From contig NIVC01000377.1 in NCBI GenBank assembly GCA_002269645.1, positions 1-64,000 on the forward strand: DNA of 64,000 bases, given 5' to 3'. Source of the DNA: Macrostomum lignano (taxonomy: Eukaryota). Each line of letters starts with the position of its first letter. The stretch's first letter is position 1. Below are positions 30,001 through 39,698 of this stretch, piece after piece. Made by a program: the position numbers and the translations under genes. Below the pieces are notes generated by a model. The model worked only from the letters and a program-made list of their open reading frames with translations. It was not told the DNA's origin and did no database searches.

Positions 30001-33000
30001 CTCTTCAACATCGCCGAGGAGGGCCAGGCCAGCGGCAGCTCGGCCGCCGGCTGGGACGGAGACGTTGATGTCAGCAACAAGAAGACCAACCGAGTCTGGG
30101 AGAGCCTCCGGAACATGCTCAGCTTCCAGTCTGGCCGGAAGGAGACCCGGGTAGAGGACCCGGAGCTGAAGAAGAGCAAGCCGTTCCTATTCCCGCACTG
30201 GTGCATCTACATCGCCTGGGTGCTCGTCTTCTTGAGCGTGTTCGGCTCGGCCTTCTTTGTCATCCTCTACAGGTGAGGGTTTTTTGCTTGAATAATGCAC
30301 AGCTTCTGTTGACTACTCGCAACTGTGCTCTCCCCTGCTTCCCCACCCAGCATGGAATGGGGCCGAGACAAATCGAACGACTGGCTGCTGACATTCCTGA
30401 TGTCGTTCTTACAAAACGTCGTTGTGGTCCAGCCGCTGAAGGTCCTTCTACTGGCTGCCGTGATCTCCATGATAATCAAGAGGCCCGATATGGACGATGA
30501 GGAAGACGCTTTTGATGACGCCATGCTGAAGCAAGACGAGGAGCTGCTGCAGAAGAAAGAGGTGCGTGTTGGATTTTTCAATTGCAGGCCTCATCTTCAA
30601 TAAGACTGTTTATAAATAAGCTTTTGTTTTAGCCAATCAGCGATTAGGAGGGTCGAGGGCGAGAGATTTTTGCTTAGCCAATCAGTGACTTGCAGGGGAG
30701 AGGGAGAGAGAGCTATTGGTTAGCCAATCAGCGATTGGGAGGGTCAAGTAAGTTGCGGTAGAACAGTTTTGTCACTGACCAAAGATGTCAAATAAAGACT
30801 GTCCGCCGCTCCCTCTACAGGTGGACATCCAGCAGATCATGCTGCAGCGCCGGACCGCCCGCGAGGACCTGTGCGTCCCCAACCAGGAGAAGCTGGCCGA
30901 AATTCGCGAAACTCGCATGAAGGAGATCAAAATGGAAAGCATTATCAAGGAGATGCTGGCCTATTCAATCTTTGTACTGGTTGTGTTTTTCATCTCTTAT
31001 CAGACTCGCAGCATTAATTCCTACAAACTGGGCGACGTGATGCGAAACACCTTTACGAATAGCTTCGACAATTCCATCCAAAGCTACCAGGCATTCTACG
31101 ACTACCTGAACAACACCCTGGTGCCTAAAATGTACGCTGGAGACTTCCCGGATGGGGTGAGTTCAGTCACTTCAGTGCCATCAATTATCTTATATTATTA
31201 GGCTCTGCTTCTCTGCATAATCGTTTACGAAGATTCTATTATGCGTAAACAAGGTCGGAGTCCTTGCCAAAGGGATAGATAAAGGTTTTTAGCTTAACCG
31301 AAAAGGATAAATTAATAGCCAATCAGCGTCTAGCACAGGAGAGAGAAAGAACGTTTTTGGTTTAACCAGTCAGCGACTAGCTGCAGGAGAGGGAGAGAAA
31401 GTTTTGGTTTAACCAATCAGTTACTAGCAGGAGAGTTGGAAGGAGAGTTTTTGGTTTGGCCAACAGCGGAGTTCTCGGGATAAAATAGGCAAGCATGCCG
31501 TCGCTCCCGCAGACGGTGGCTACCTGGCGCGAGAAGATGGCCATCAACGACGGCAGCCGGGGCATCTTCCGCGTCGGCGTGCCCCGCCTGCGCCAGTTCC
31601 GCATCAAGGACAACACCTGCCGACCGCCGGCCGTGTTCGACGCCATCATTGACAAGTCCTGCCGAGGCGGCTACAGCTGGCTGGATGACGATACGGCGCC
31701 GTACGAACCGATGTGGGAACCGATGGAGCAGGACAAGTGGGCCTGGCAGAAGAAGAACGACACCTACAATACGCCTTTTGTGTACAGCTCCTCCTTTAAG
31801 CTGAAGGGTGAGTCACTCTTATGTTTAGCTGATTTATGGATAAATTTTCCAGTGTCTGTAAAACTCTGTGAATTCACCTGTCTCTTATAACCCAATCGCA
31901 GTTTCTCAGCAGTATATTGAAAATTCTATCATTTTTGGACTTTAAAAATATCAATGGTTCTCAAATTCCATTCGAGTCCAGTGATTGGTTACTGACCTTG
32001 AGCTCATCACCCTCCAACTCCCATCGGTCGGACAGGCCTGCCCTTCATAGCCCAGGTGAACACTTACAAAGGCGGCGGTTACGTGTTCAACTTCCCGCGT
32101 ACTGTGGAGGAGGTCCGGACTAAACTGGAGGAAATTTACGAACAGAACTGGCTGGACACACGCACGAGAGCTGTGTTTATCGAGTTCACCGTGTACAATG
32201 CTCCGTCCAACCTGTTCGCCTCCGTTATCATGGTGGCCGAGTTCATGCAGACTGGCAGCGCATTCACCTATTCAGAAGTGAAGGTAAGATTTTATGTCAA
32301 GTTCCCTTAGAAAGTACATTATGAGGGCGTTACTCTAGAGTTCGATTCATAGACAACTGAAGTGGCAGGACGCGACGCTGGAGCTGGAGACCGTTACGGA
32401 ACAGTGTATTTCAATCGAATTTGTCTATGGCAAAACCCCATTCAGCGCTATGTGTTCTCTTATCGGCCAGCAGCTCATTTCTAAGAAAACCTATTGTAGC
32501 TTCCGCCTCCAGCTCATTTCTAAGAAAACCGAGTGTAGCTCATTTCCGCCTCCAGCTCATTTCTAAGAAAACGAGTACGAGCTCATTTCTAAGTAGCCTC
32601 CGCCTCCAGCTCATTTCTAAGAAAACGAGTACAGCCTCCGCCTCCAGCTCATTTCTAAGAAAACCGATTGTAGCTTCCTTCTACTTCAGTTGTCTATGGT
32701 TCGATTCTCGTGCGCAGCCAAATTAATTTGAAGTTTGTGAATGAAAATTAATCTGTGGCTTTTGTAATTCTCGACCATGATGTTTATAACGTCAGGGCCG
32801 CTGTGCACCCTGTGTGAGCGCGTGTCAGCCGAATGGGCATGAGTGCGTGCCTCCTGGCTGGCTGCGAGTCCACTACGAACCAATTCATATTTTTTCCGGT
32901 GTAAAATTCTCACGTACAAATATCTTTGTTCCCCCTCCCTGTGGCCAGGTGTTCCGCCTGTTCTCCTACGTTGGTAGCTTCGGCGCGATCGTGCTGTTCA

Positions 33001-35582
33001 TGGAGATCGTATTCGCCCTGTTCGTGCTGTACTTCAGCATCAGGGAAGGCCTGCTGATCAAGCGAGAGCGCTGCGCCTACTTCTCCGGCTTCTGGAACAT
33101 CCTGGAGTTCGCGACTCTGTGCATCACCGTCACTGCGGTGGTGATGTACGGCTTCAAGAAGATCTTGGCCAACATCGCCATGGGGGCGCTGGCCAACGCC
33201 AAGTCCTCCGACTATGTGAACTTCGGCTCGCTGGCCAGCTACGACGAGCTGTACACCTACATGGTGGGCATCGTGGTGTTCATCAGCACCGTGAAGTTCA
33301 TCAAGATTCTGCGCTTCAACCGCCGAATGGGCATGCTGGGCGCCACCATCAAGCTGGCCTACAAGGATCTGCGCTCCTTTGTGTTCATGTTCGTCATCTA
33401 CTTTGTGGCCTTCTGCTCCGCTGCCTACCTGATCTTCGGCACTAAGCTGCAGAACTATCGCTCCTTCTACGGCACACTGGGAGCGCTGTTCTCCATGGCT
33501 CTGGGAGTGTTCCAGTTCAAGGTGGGCAGCTCTGCTCTGATCTGCTTTACTGTCGGCTGTATTGCATTACAGATTGAGTACATTTTAAAGCCTTCCTTAA
33601 TTCGTCTACTCTAACTCGGCTCTACTCAAGTCTTATTTATTAGATTTCACTATAATCTACTCTACTCCAGTGTGGTCTAGTCTAGTCTATTCTACTCTAC
33701 TCTACTCTACTCTACTCTACTCTACTCTACTCTACTCTACTCTAATCCAAGATGTATATTCTATTCCACAGTCTACTTATTCTATTTCGCTGTCTACTCT
33801 TAACTGTACAAGAATGTAATGCATTCTACTCTAATGATCTATCTATCTATCTATTCTGATCTATTTGTCTACTTTGTCTAATCTTCTTAAATTTGTCCGA
33901 ATCTCCGTAACTCATCAGTTGCATGCTTGATTGCAAGGTCCAGCCACAGATACTAGAATGACTAGATGGGCCACTCAGGCATATACTTAGTAAAACAGCT
34001 TTCTACTTTCAGTTCAGTAGCAAAGAAGAATGCATACGCTATTTTATAAAAATTAAGGCAGCTGAAATGACTAATAAGTTTTAGAAGCCCAAGCTTGCAG
34101 GCGTAAACAGCTTGCTAATTGGTTCAGCAATAATGTACATTAGCCAGTTAACTGAAATGTACATGGCTGGAATTCCGAGAAAGACAAATAAAAGTTGGGG
34201 TGCGCGGGGCTAGTATGGAATGGCGCGGTCGGAGGGTTTAAGCTGGGGGTCAAGAGCCAATAAATGAGAATTGGGTTTAAAATACATTAAAATGCTTCTG
34301 TTTAACTTACTACTGAACTGAAAGTAGCTTGCACACAAATGTACTGAGTGGCCCATCTAGTTATTCTAGTATCTGTGGGTACAGGGTGTACTTAGTTTCA
34401 AACTGCATCCGTACCAATATCCACCTGAAATTGCTTATTTAGTTGCTAAGCATTTCACCGCCACACCGCAGGACCTGGTCGCCGTGAGCTCTCTACTAGG
34501 CCCACTGTTTTTCTTCTCCTTCATCTGCCTGGTGACATTCGGCCTGCTGGGCATCTTCCTCACCATCATCAACGACTCGTTCGCCGTGGTCAAGGCCAAC
34601 GCCAGCCTGCAGGGCAACGAATACGAGCTGGTTGAATTCATGACCAAACGGGTCAGGCAGCTGTTCGGCTGCAGGTGAGCCATTCTGCAACTGCTCGATA
34701 TTGATTCACTTTGCTTTAACACAGCAACAGCAGGGTGTGCTGTCATTAGAGATAAAGAAGCGGTTCTTGTTGCAAGGGCATCCATCCACTGTTCCCCTGA
34801 CCCCCCCTGTCCCCTCCCTGTCCCCTGTCCCCTGTTCCCCTGTTCCCCTGTTGTCCCTGTTTCCCTGTTCCCTGTTCCCCTGTCCCTGTTCCCCTGTTCC
34901 CCTGTTCCCCTGTTCCCCTGTTCCCCCCTGTTCCCCTGTCCCCTGTCCCTGTTCCCCTGTTCCCCTGTTGTCCCCTGTCCCCTGTTCCCCCTGTTCCCCT
35001 GTTCCCCTGTTTCCCTGTTCCCCTGTCCCCCTGTTCCCCTGTTCATCTGTTCCCCTGTTCCCCTGTTCCCCTGTTCATCTGTTCCCCTGTTCCCCTGTTC
35101 CCCTGTTCCCCTGTTCATCTGTTCCCCTGTTCCCCTGTTCCCCTGTTCATCTGTTCCCCTGTTTTCCATGTTCCCCTGTTCCCATGTTCCCCTGTTCCCC
35201 TGTTACCCTGTTCCCCTGTTCCCCTGTTCCCCTGTTACCCTGTTCCCCTGTTACCCTGTTCCCCTGTTCCCCTTTTCCCCTGTTCCCCTGTTCCCTGTTC
35301 CCCTGTTCCCCCGTTCTCATGGCTCCCTGTCTACCAAAGTCCTTCAGTTTGGCTACAGCTAATCGTTTCTTGCTGGCAGCAAGCATAGTTCTGCACCAGG
35401 ACTATTGATAAATGCTAATTAATAATCAATATTTCAATTTTTTCAGCTCGATGGAAGGCAGCGGCTCGAAGTCGGAGGAGAATGACGGCGAAGATGAAGG
35501 CGAGGAGACAGGCGAAGTCGAGAGTCAGCTGGGCGGCAGTTCGCTGAATGTCAGCGGCAGCCTGAGCCGCCTGAAGCTGTGA
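13715..35582 (+). CDS. PKD1-like: Polycystin-1-like (PKD1/PKD1L2/REJ family) receptor-channel protein, ~2,890 aa, 27 exons
   Basis: Exons 13715-13760, 13881-14105, 16836-16981, 17286-17520, 17870-18008, 18304-18785, 19283-21810, 21887-22045, 23092-23182, 23828-24104, 24998-25127, 25212-25356, 25982-26058, 26674-26824, 27246-27623, 27709-27839, 28301-28702, 28783-28943, 29232-29535, 29801-30272, 30351-30561, 30821-31156, 31513-31807, 32036-32283, 32949-33521, 34472-34674, 35447-35582. All introns are GT-AG and phases are compatible apart from one missing base at ~29449. Motifs: signal peptide; PKD domain (VDFGDGT..HAY); REJ (LVCRFKGE..IDYSLCRDPDD); GPS (WKTDG..HLTSF); PLAT (GSGTNSKV, RIWHDNSG, SWYL, FFLCNNWLAVEEGDG); TOP (GVPRLRQFR, WLDTRTRAVFIEFTVYN); six-TM channel (FWNILE, LRFNRRMGML, FLTIINDSF). 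An alternative ATG lies at 13691. Confidence 0.92.
14134..16781. repeat. 21-bp minisatellite (GGGACTGGGTGGACTCTCAGT), ~2.65 kb, PKD intron 2
   Basis: Tandem 21-mers with two variant unit types; accounts for ORFs 13870..15537, 14067..15704, 15526..16329 and 15681..16823. Confidence 0.97.
16998..17270. repeat. 18-bp minisatellite (CCGAACCCGAATTCCAAT), PKD intron 3
   Basis: Lies between the donor at 16982 and the acceptor at 17285, so the PEPEFQ reading is intronic. Confidence 0.93.
17700..17850. repeat. Short ~35-bp tandem repeat, PKD intron 4
   Basis: CCTCAGGAACCTC(G/A)GGGCGGTCAATACCTTCAGGA about three times. Confidence 0.75.
18017..18118. repeat. (GA)n microsatellite, PKD intron 5
   Basis: Imperfect GA run. 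Confidence 0.9.
22189..22607 (-). mobile_element. MITE copy 2 (inverted, diverged)
   Basis: Left end CACAAATACAATAATAACCGGATGGGCCACTC. The internal sequence is the reverse complement of copy 1. The right TIR is eroded next to a SINE. Confidence 0.7.
22611..22841 (+). mobile_element. SINE family 1, 5'-truncated copy
   Basis: Same body as 6380-6598 (TTCGAATCCCGA...GTTCACCCAGCTATAAAATGGGTGCCAGCATTAGCTGGGG...CAGCCTTCAGATG). Confidence 0.85.
23301..23748 (+). mobile_element. MITE copy 3
   Basis: AATAACTAGATGGGGCCACTCAGG ... CTGAGTGGCTTATCTAAG...ATCTGTG; internal sequence matches copy 1. Confidence 0.85.
24299..24725. repeat. 16-bp minisatellite (GATGTTTCGGTTTTGT), PKD intron 10
   Basis: 16-nt period; preceded by inverted units at 24219-24254. 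Confidence 0.93.
25395..25840 (+). mobile_element. MITE copy 4
   Basis: CACAGATAC...CCACTCAG ... CTGAGTGGCCCATCTAGTTATTCTAGTATCTGTA. Flanks TTTTGCAC / GTTTGCAC give a 7/8 TSD match. Confidence 0.88.
26140..26510. repeat. Degenerate 21/43-bp minisatellite (GATACAATGATACTGACACTA / GATACAGAAATACTGACACTT), PKD intron 13
   Basis: Alternating tandem units. Confidence 0.85.
27893..28170. repeat. 48-bp minisatellite (CATCGCTGATTGGCTGGATTTGGAAATATC...), PKD intron 16
   Basis: 48-nt period (27943 and 27991), about 6 copies. Confidence 0.92.
32468..32675. repeat. Degenerate ~40-bp tandem repeat (CCGCCTCCAGCTCATTTCTAAGAAAAC), PKD intron 24
   Basis: The motif recurs 5-6 times. Confidence 0.8.
33690..33745. 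repeat. (CTCTA)n microsatellite
   Basis: Pentanucleotide run in PKD intron 25. Confidence 0.9.
33945..34377 (+). mobile_element. MITE copy 5 (best-preserved TIRs)
   Basis: CACAGATACTAGAATGACTAGATGGGCCACTCAG ... CTGAGTGGCCCATCTAGTTATTCTAGTATCTGTG. Flanks GGTCCAGC / GGTACAGG give a 6/8 TSD match. Confidence 0.9.
34788..35315. repeat. 8-bp-based satellite (TGTTCCCC)n, PKD intron 26
   Basis: Imperfect tandem run; accounts for ORFs 34435..35169 and 34701..35408. Confidence 0.93.
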
Positions 35583-36162
35583 GCAGCTCGAATCTCGAAT
35601 ATACAAACACGGATGAACAAGAAACGGATCAGAAATATTTTTGTCCCTGACCTGCCTGTCACGTTTAACGATAATCCGTCTTAATCGTTACTAATTAGAT
35701 TCCCTCACCGCCGCATCCAGCATGATGAAATAAATTAGCTTAGAAAAATCTAATTACTCACTTGAGATTCTTTGCGTTAGCAACGGAATGTTTACCTTGG
35801 TTACCGAGTAATTTCGAATGATTTGAAAGTTATTCAGTGATTAAAACGTAAATTTAACGACTTTAAAGTCCAAGGTAAATTTTCCTATTTTCCTTATAAG
35901 AAGAGACAGAAAACCATGAAAATTTCCTGTTTGAATGCCTATTTTCTCACAGCAAAACTTTTACTCAATAAAGATTTTTAACCAGCCATTTCGCGTCATT
36001 ATTTTTAGCAACGCAAAAAATTATTAACCAGTTTGTGAGTCCGTCTGTCTGTCTGATGACCGTCTTTAAAGCAAATTTCGAAAACAAATCGGCTACTGAC
36101 TACAGTTAGTAGTGATATAAGCATGCAGGCCGGTACAAGTAAAATATTTTAGAATAAAGGAT

Positions 36163-36588
36163 CACAAATACTAGAATAACTACATGAGCCACTCAGCGCG
36201 TCTAAGCTACTTTCAGTTCAGTAGTAAGTTAAACAAAAGCATTTTAATGTATTTTTAAAGCCAAGGCTCATTTATTAGCTCTTACCCCACAGCTTAAACC
36301 CTACAACCGCGCCTTTCCACACTACCCTCCACGCACCCCATTTTTATTGCCTTTCTCGGAACTCCAGCCTAAAGCTGCCATGTACATTTCAGTGGACTGG
36401 CCAATGTACATTATTGCTGAATCAATTAGCAAGTTGTTTACGCCTGCAAGCTTGGGCTTCTAAACTTATCAAAGTCATTTTAGCTGCCTTTATTTTTATA
36501 AAATAGCTTATGTATTCTTCTTTGCTACTGAACTGAAAGTAGAAAGCCGTTTTACTAAGTGGCCTATCTAGTTATTTTTGAATCTGTG
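36163..36588 (-). mobile_element. MITE copy 6 (inverted)
   Basis: CACAAATACTAGAATAACTACATGAGCCACTCAG ... AGTGGCCTATCTAGTTATTTTTGAATCTGTG. The interior is the reverse complement of copy 1. Confidence 0.85.
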
Positions 36589-36832
36589 GAATAAATCGAT
36601 GAAAAAATCACGCACTAAGTCAGTGAAAATTCTATCCGGAGACTTATCAATAATCATTAAAATGTTACACTCGCTACTTGAAATAGTAGAGTGTGTTGAG
36701 AAAAATTCTCAATGACTGCCTACAGGACTATTGAGAGGTCGGATTGAATGTTCCACTGCTGCTTAATTCCAATTGTTTCTCCACCCACGGTGCAGTGGGA
36801 GTTGCCATCGCCTCAGGTAATTATCTGACTAC

Positions 36833-38292
36833 TCAGCTGGCGTAGCCGTTCCGCAGGTAGTCTTTCACGATCTGCCGGTTGCAGCCGCTGCGGGGACAAA
36901 TACGGAAGATGGCAAACTTCTGCTCCCGATCGCCTGTCAGCACTCGCTCGTGAACCAGGTAGGCCCGCCTCGATGAGGCGTAGATCGCGGCCCCGCACAT
37001 GCCGCGGCTCCAGTGGCTCACAGGTATCGAGTAAGCGTAACGGTAGCTGCGGATTGGGCAGGGTTCCTTGGCAGTGGTCTGCTTTTTAAAGGTCTTCTTG
37101 AAGCGGTAGTGCTCCCCCCTTCTCAGCCAAACTCAATACGGTAGCTCGTAGATGGGGTTCTCACTAAAGTTCATCTTGCTCGGCATTATCATGCTTTCAA
37201 CGAAATTTATAGACAGTGGCCCCATAACTAACTCTTGAGGCCTTGGCTGCATCCTGCTCTATTGGTTAATTAAATTCTTCTTTGCAGCACTTACTGGAAG
37301 TCAAAGGGTGTCAAAATCTGGCGATAAGTAGTCATGCTGGACAGCTGTCCGTGGTTGTAGCACTTCACCGGAATGTTCCTGCTGGCCTGGAAGTATTTCC
37401 GTGTCAGACTTGGAACCTGGCCGAAGGTGATATTTGTATTGCAAAAATCTGCATAGCATGACACTTCCGTGTATTCCACAATACGATTGAGCTCCCAGCA
37501 CTCCTCGCTGTACGTGGCTTCGACATCCTGGACGGAGACCAGCTTCTGGGCGCACACGGTCCTGCCCGGACATTGGCGACGACTTGCATCGGCGGCGATG
37601 AATGGCTGCATCAGGCGTTGGTACTTCGCTTCGGCATCGCTGAACGGCGGATAGCGGTCCAGCTGCACCGAGGACTGGCCGCAGTCCTGCGTAAACCCAT
37701 CGTCTATGGCTGCGTCCGGGGCGGGGTTGGGAGCGGTGTGTGAGAGCGAGCATTGCTATCTGATGGTCAGAGCTGCAGCATGCTGATGGGTGAGCATTGC
37801 TATCTGATGGTCAGAGCTGCAGCATGCTGATGGGTGAGCATTGCTATCTGATGGTCACAGCTGCAGCATGCTGATGGGTGAGCATTGCTATCTGATGGTC
37901 AGAGCTGCAGCATGCTGATGGGTGAGCATTGCTATCTGATGGTCAGAGCTGCAGCATGCTGATGGGTGAGCATTGCTATCTGATGGTCAGAGCTGCAGCA
38001 TGCTGATGGGTGAGCATTGCTATCTGATGGTCAGAGCTGCAGCATGCTGATGGGTGAGCATTGCTATCTGATGGTCACAGCTGCAGCATGCTGATGGGTG
38101 AGCATTGCTATCTGATGGTCAGAGCTGCAGCATGCTGATGGGTGAGCATTGCTATCGGTTGATGATCCAAAAAGTGTTTTAACTGAGAAGTGAGCATGCA
38201 CACGTCAAATAAGAATACAATCGCTTCTCACATTGAGCGGTGCCTCCCGAGACAGCAGCAAGCAGCAGCAGCGGCAGAAGCACAGGCAGCAT
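36833..38292 (-). CDS. Small secreted protein with two Ly6/uPAR (three-finger)-like Cys motifs; possibly a pseudogene (in-frame TGA, one frame conflict)
   Basis: Exons 38292-38232 (signal peptide MLPVLLPLLLLAAVSGGTAQ, donor GTGAGA), ~37759-37295 and ~37253-36833. Motifs ...EVSCYADFCN and ...ICPRSGCN. In-frame TGA at 37135-37133. One extra base is needed at the exon 2 start. Confidence 0.55.
37748..38156. repeat. 44-bp minisatellite overlapping the exon 2 acceptor of the secreted-protein gene
   Basis: GAGCATTGCTATCTGATGGTCAGAGCTGCAGCATGCTGATGGGT about 9 times, near-identical. Confidence 0.96.
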
Positions 38293-39698
38293 TCTGAGTT
38301 GAGCCTTTCTATGGCAGCAGTGTCTCAGTATTTTCCAGCTGTGGGGATCGAACCGTCCCCGGGGCGCAATTTATACCCAGCAGAACCGCCTTCTGCATCC
38401 CGAATTTGCAAACAAAATTTTGATACACCCGATAATGAGAGGAGGGAAGGCAGAAACGACTGAAAGACAGATATTTAAAACTTCATCTTGTTCGAAGTTG
38501 GAGGCACCGCCTCGGCATGCGTAAAACGGCAAGAGGGTGACTCCCAATCTGCGGATTTTGAAAGTTTTAAAGAAGTTATTGTATCATTTTCTGCTTGCTT
38601 TTGCGGCGAGGAGTTGGCATTTACGGTCGCATTAAAAATGCCAGAGCTCCCTCTGGTACGGCAAACACGCATCAGCCAAATCCGCTGGGTTCGTGTGCCT
38701 GACTGGGGACATCGGGACTTATTTCCTTGGAGATCCATTTTTCTATGCATTCGCTACATACTACTCTTCTGGCATCGTTAGGCGAGTAGTAATTTGTAGT
38801 ACTAACTTTAGAATAACAGGTGGCACTAACTATAACAAGTTCAAACAAAACAAGCTCATGTGCAAGAAGCTGCTGAACTGATCAAGCGTGGATGATGCTG
38901 AGAAGGCAGAAGGCGCTGATCTGAGCATCCCCAATCGATGGCGATGCTTGAATTCTGAGTGCAAATTCTTCTCCCATTCCGCTTATTCAATTTAGTTTTC
39001 CATCTTATTCGCTTCCATCGCCTCTGTTTGCCTCTCAGGAATGTCAGGCAGGCGGATTCTATCCTCTACCTCCTCCCCTATCTGTGTGTGTATGGATGCA
39101 CCCCAGTAGCAGGCAAGGTGGCGGCTCCCGCAGGCCGACGCCAGCAAGGTGAGGGCGGTGAGGTGGGGCAAAAATCGATAAGAAAAAGTTGGAAAAGAGA
39201 AGGAAGGCGTGTTGGGTGGAACGGGGGATAAGATCCTTCGAATCGATTTCTACGAGAGGAGGGCTTGGAGGCCTCGGCACCACCTCCGCCCTGTTATGGC
39301 TGACGTGGTTCTGGCGGCTGCCGACTGTGTGTCTGCTTGCGTGTGTGTGTTTACCGCAATTCTAAACTGGGGCAGAGAGAGAGAGGGCCGCCGGTCGGTG
39401 GCAGCAAAGCTGAGCCAGCAGGGCGGGCTGAAATTCCGGCGGATGAAGGCGGGGGGGGGGGAAGCCGATGCATCCGGGATGGCGGCAGGGGGGATGGCGA
39501 AGGTTTATGAATTGGGTGGCGCGCTGATCGGCGCTGACCGACCCTCGTTTCTCTCTCTCTCTCCCTCTCTCTCTCTCTCTCTTCCACTTTCTCTTGATTT
39601 GCAGCGGCATATTCCACTAGCAGCAGCAGCAGCAGCAGCAGCAGCATCAGCGATCGCCAGTTAACTCAAGGACTCATAAAAAGAAATCATCTCAAAGC

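Noticed and set aside
38640-38881. Segment reading CLTGDIGTYFLGDPFFYAFATYYSS, faintly like a pepsin C-terminal LGD motif
   Set aside because: Short, with no catalytic DTG motif or convincing exon partners; cannot be supported without a profile search.
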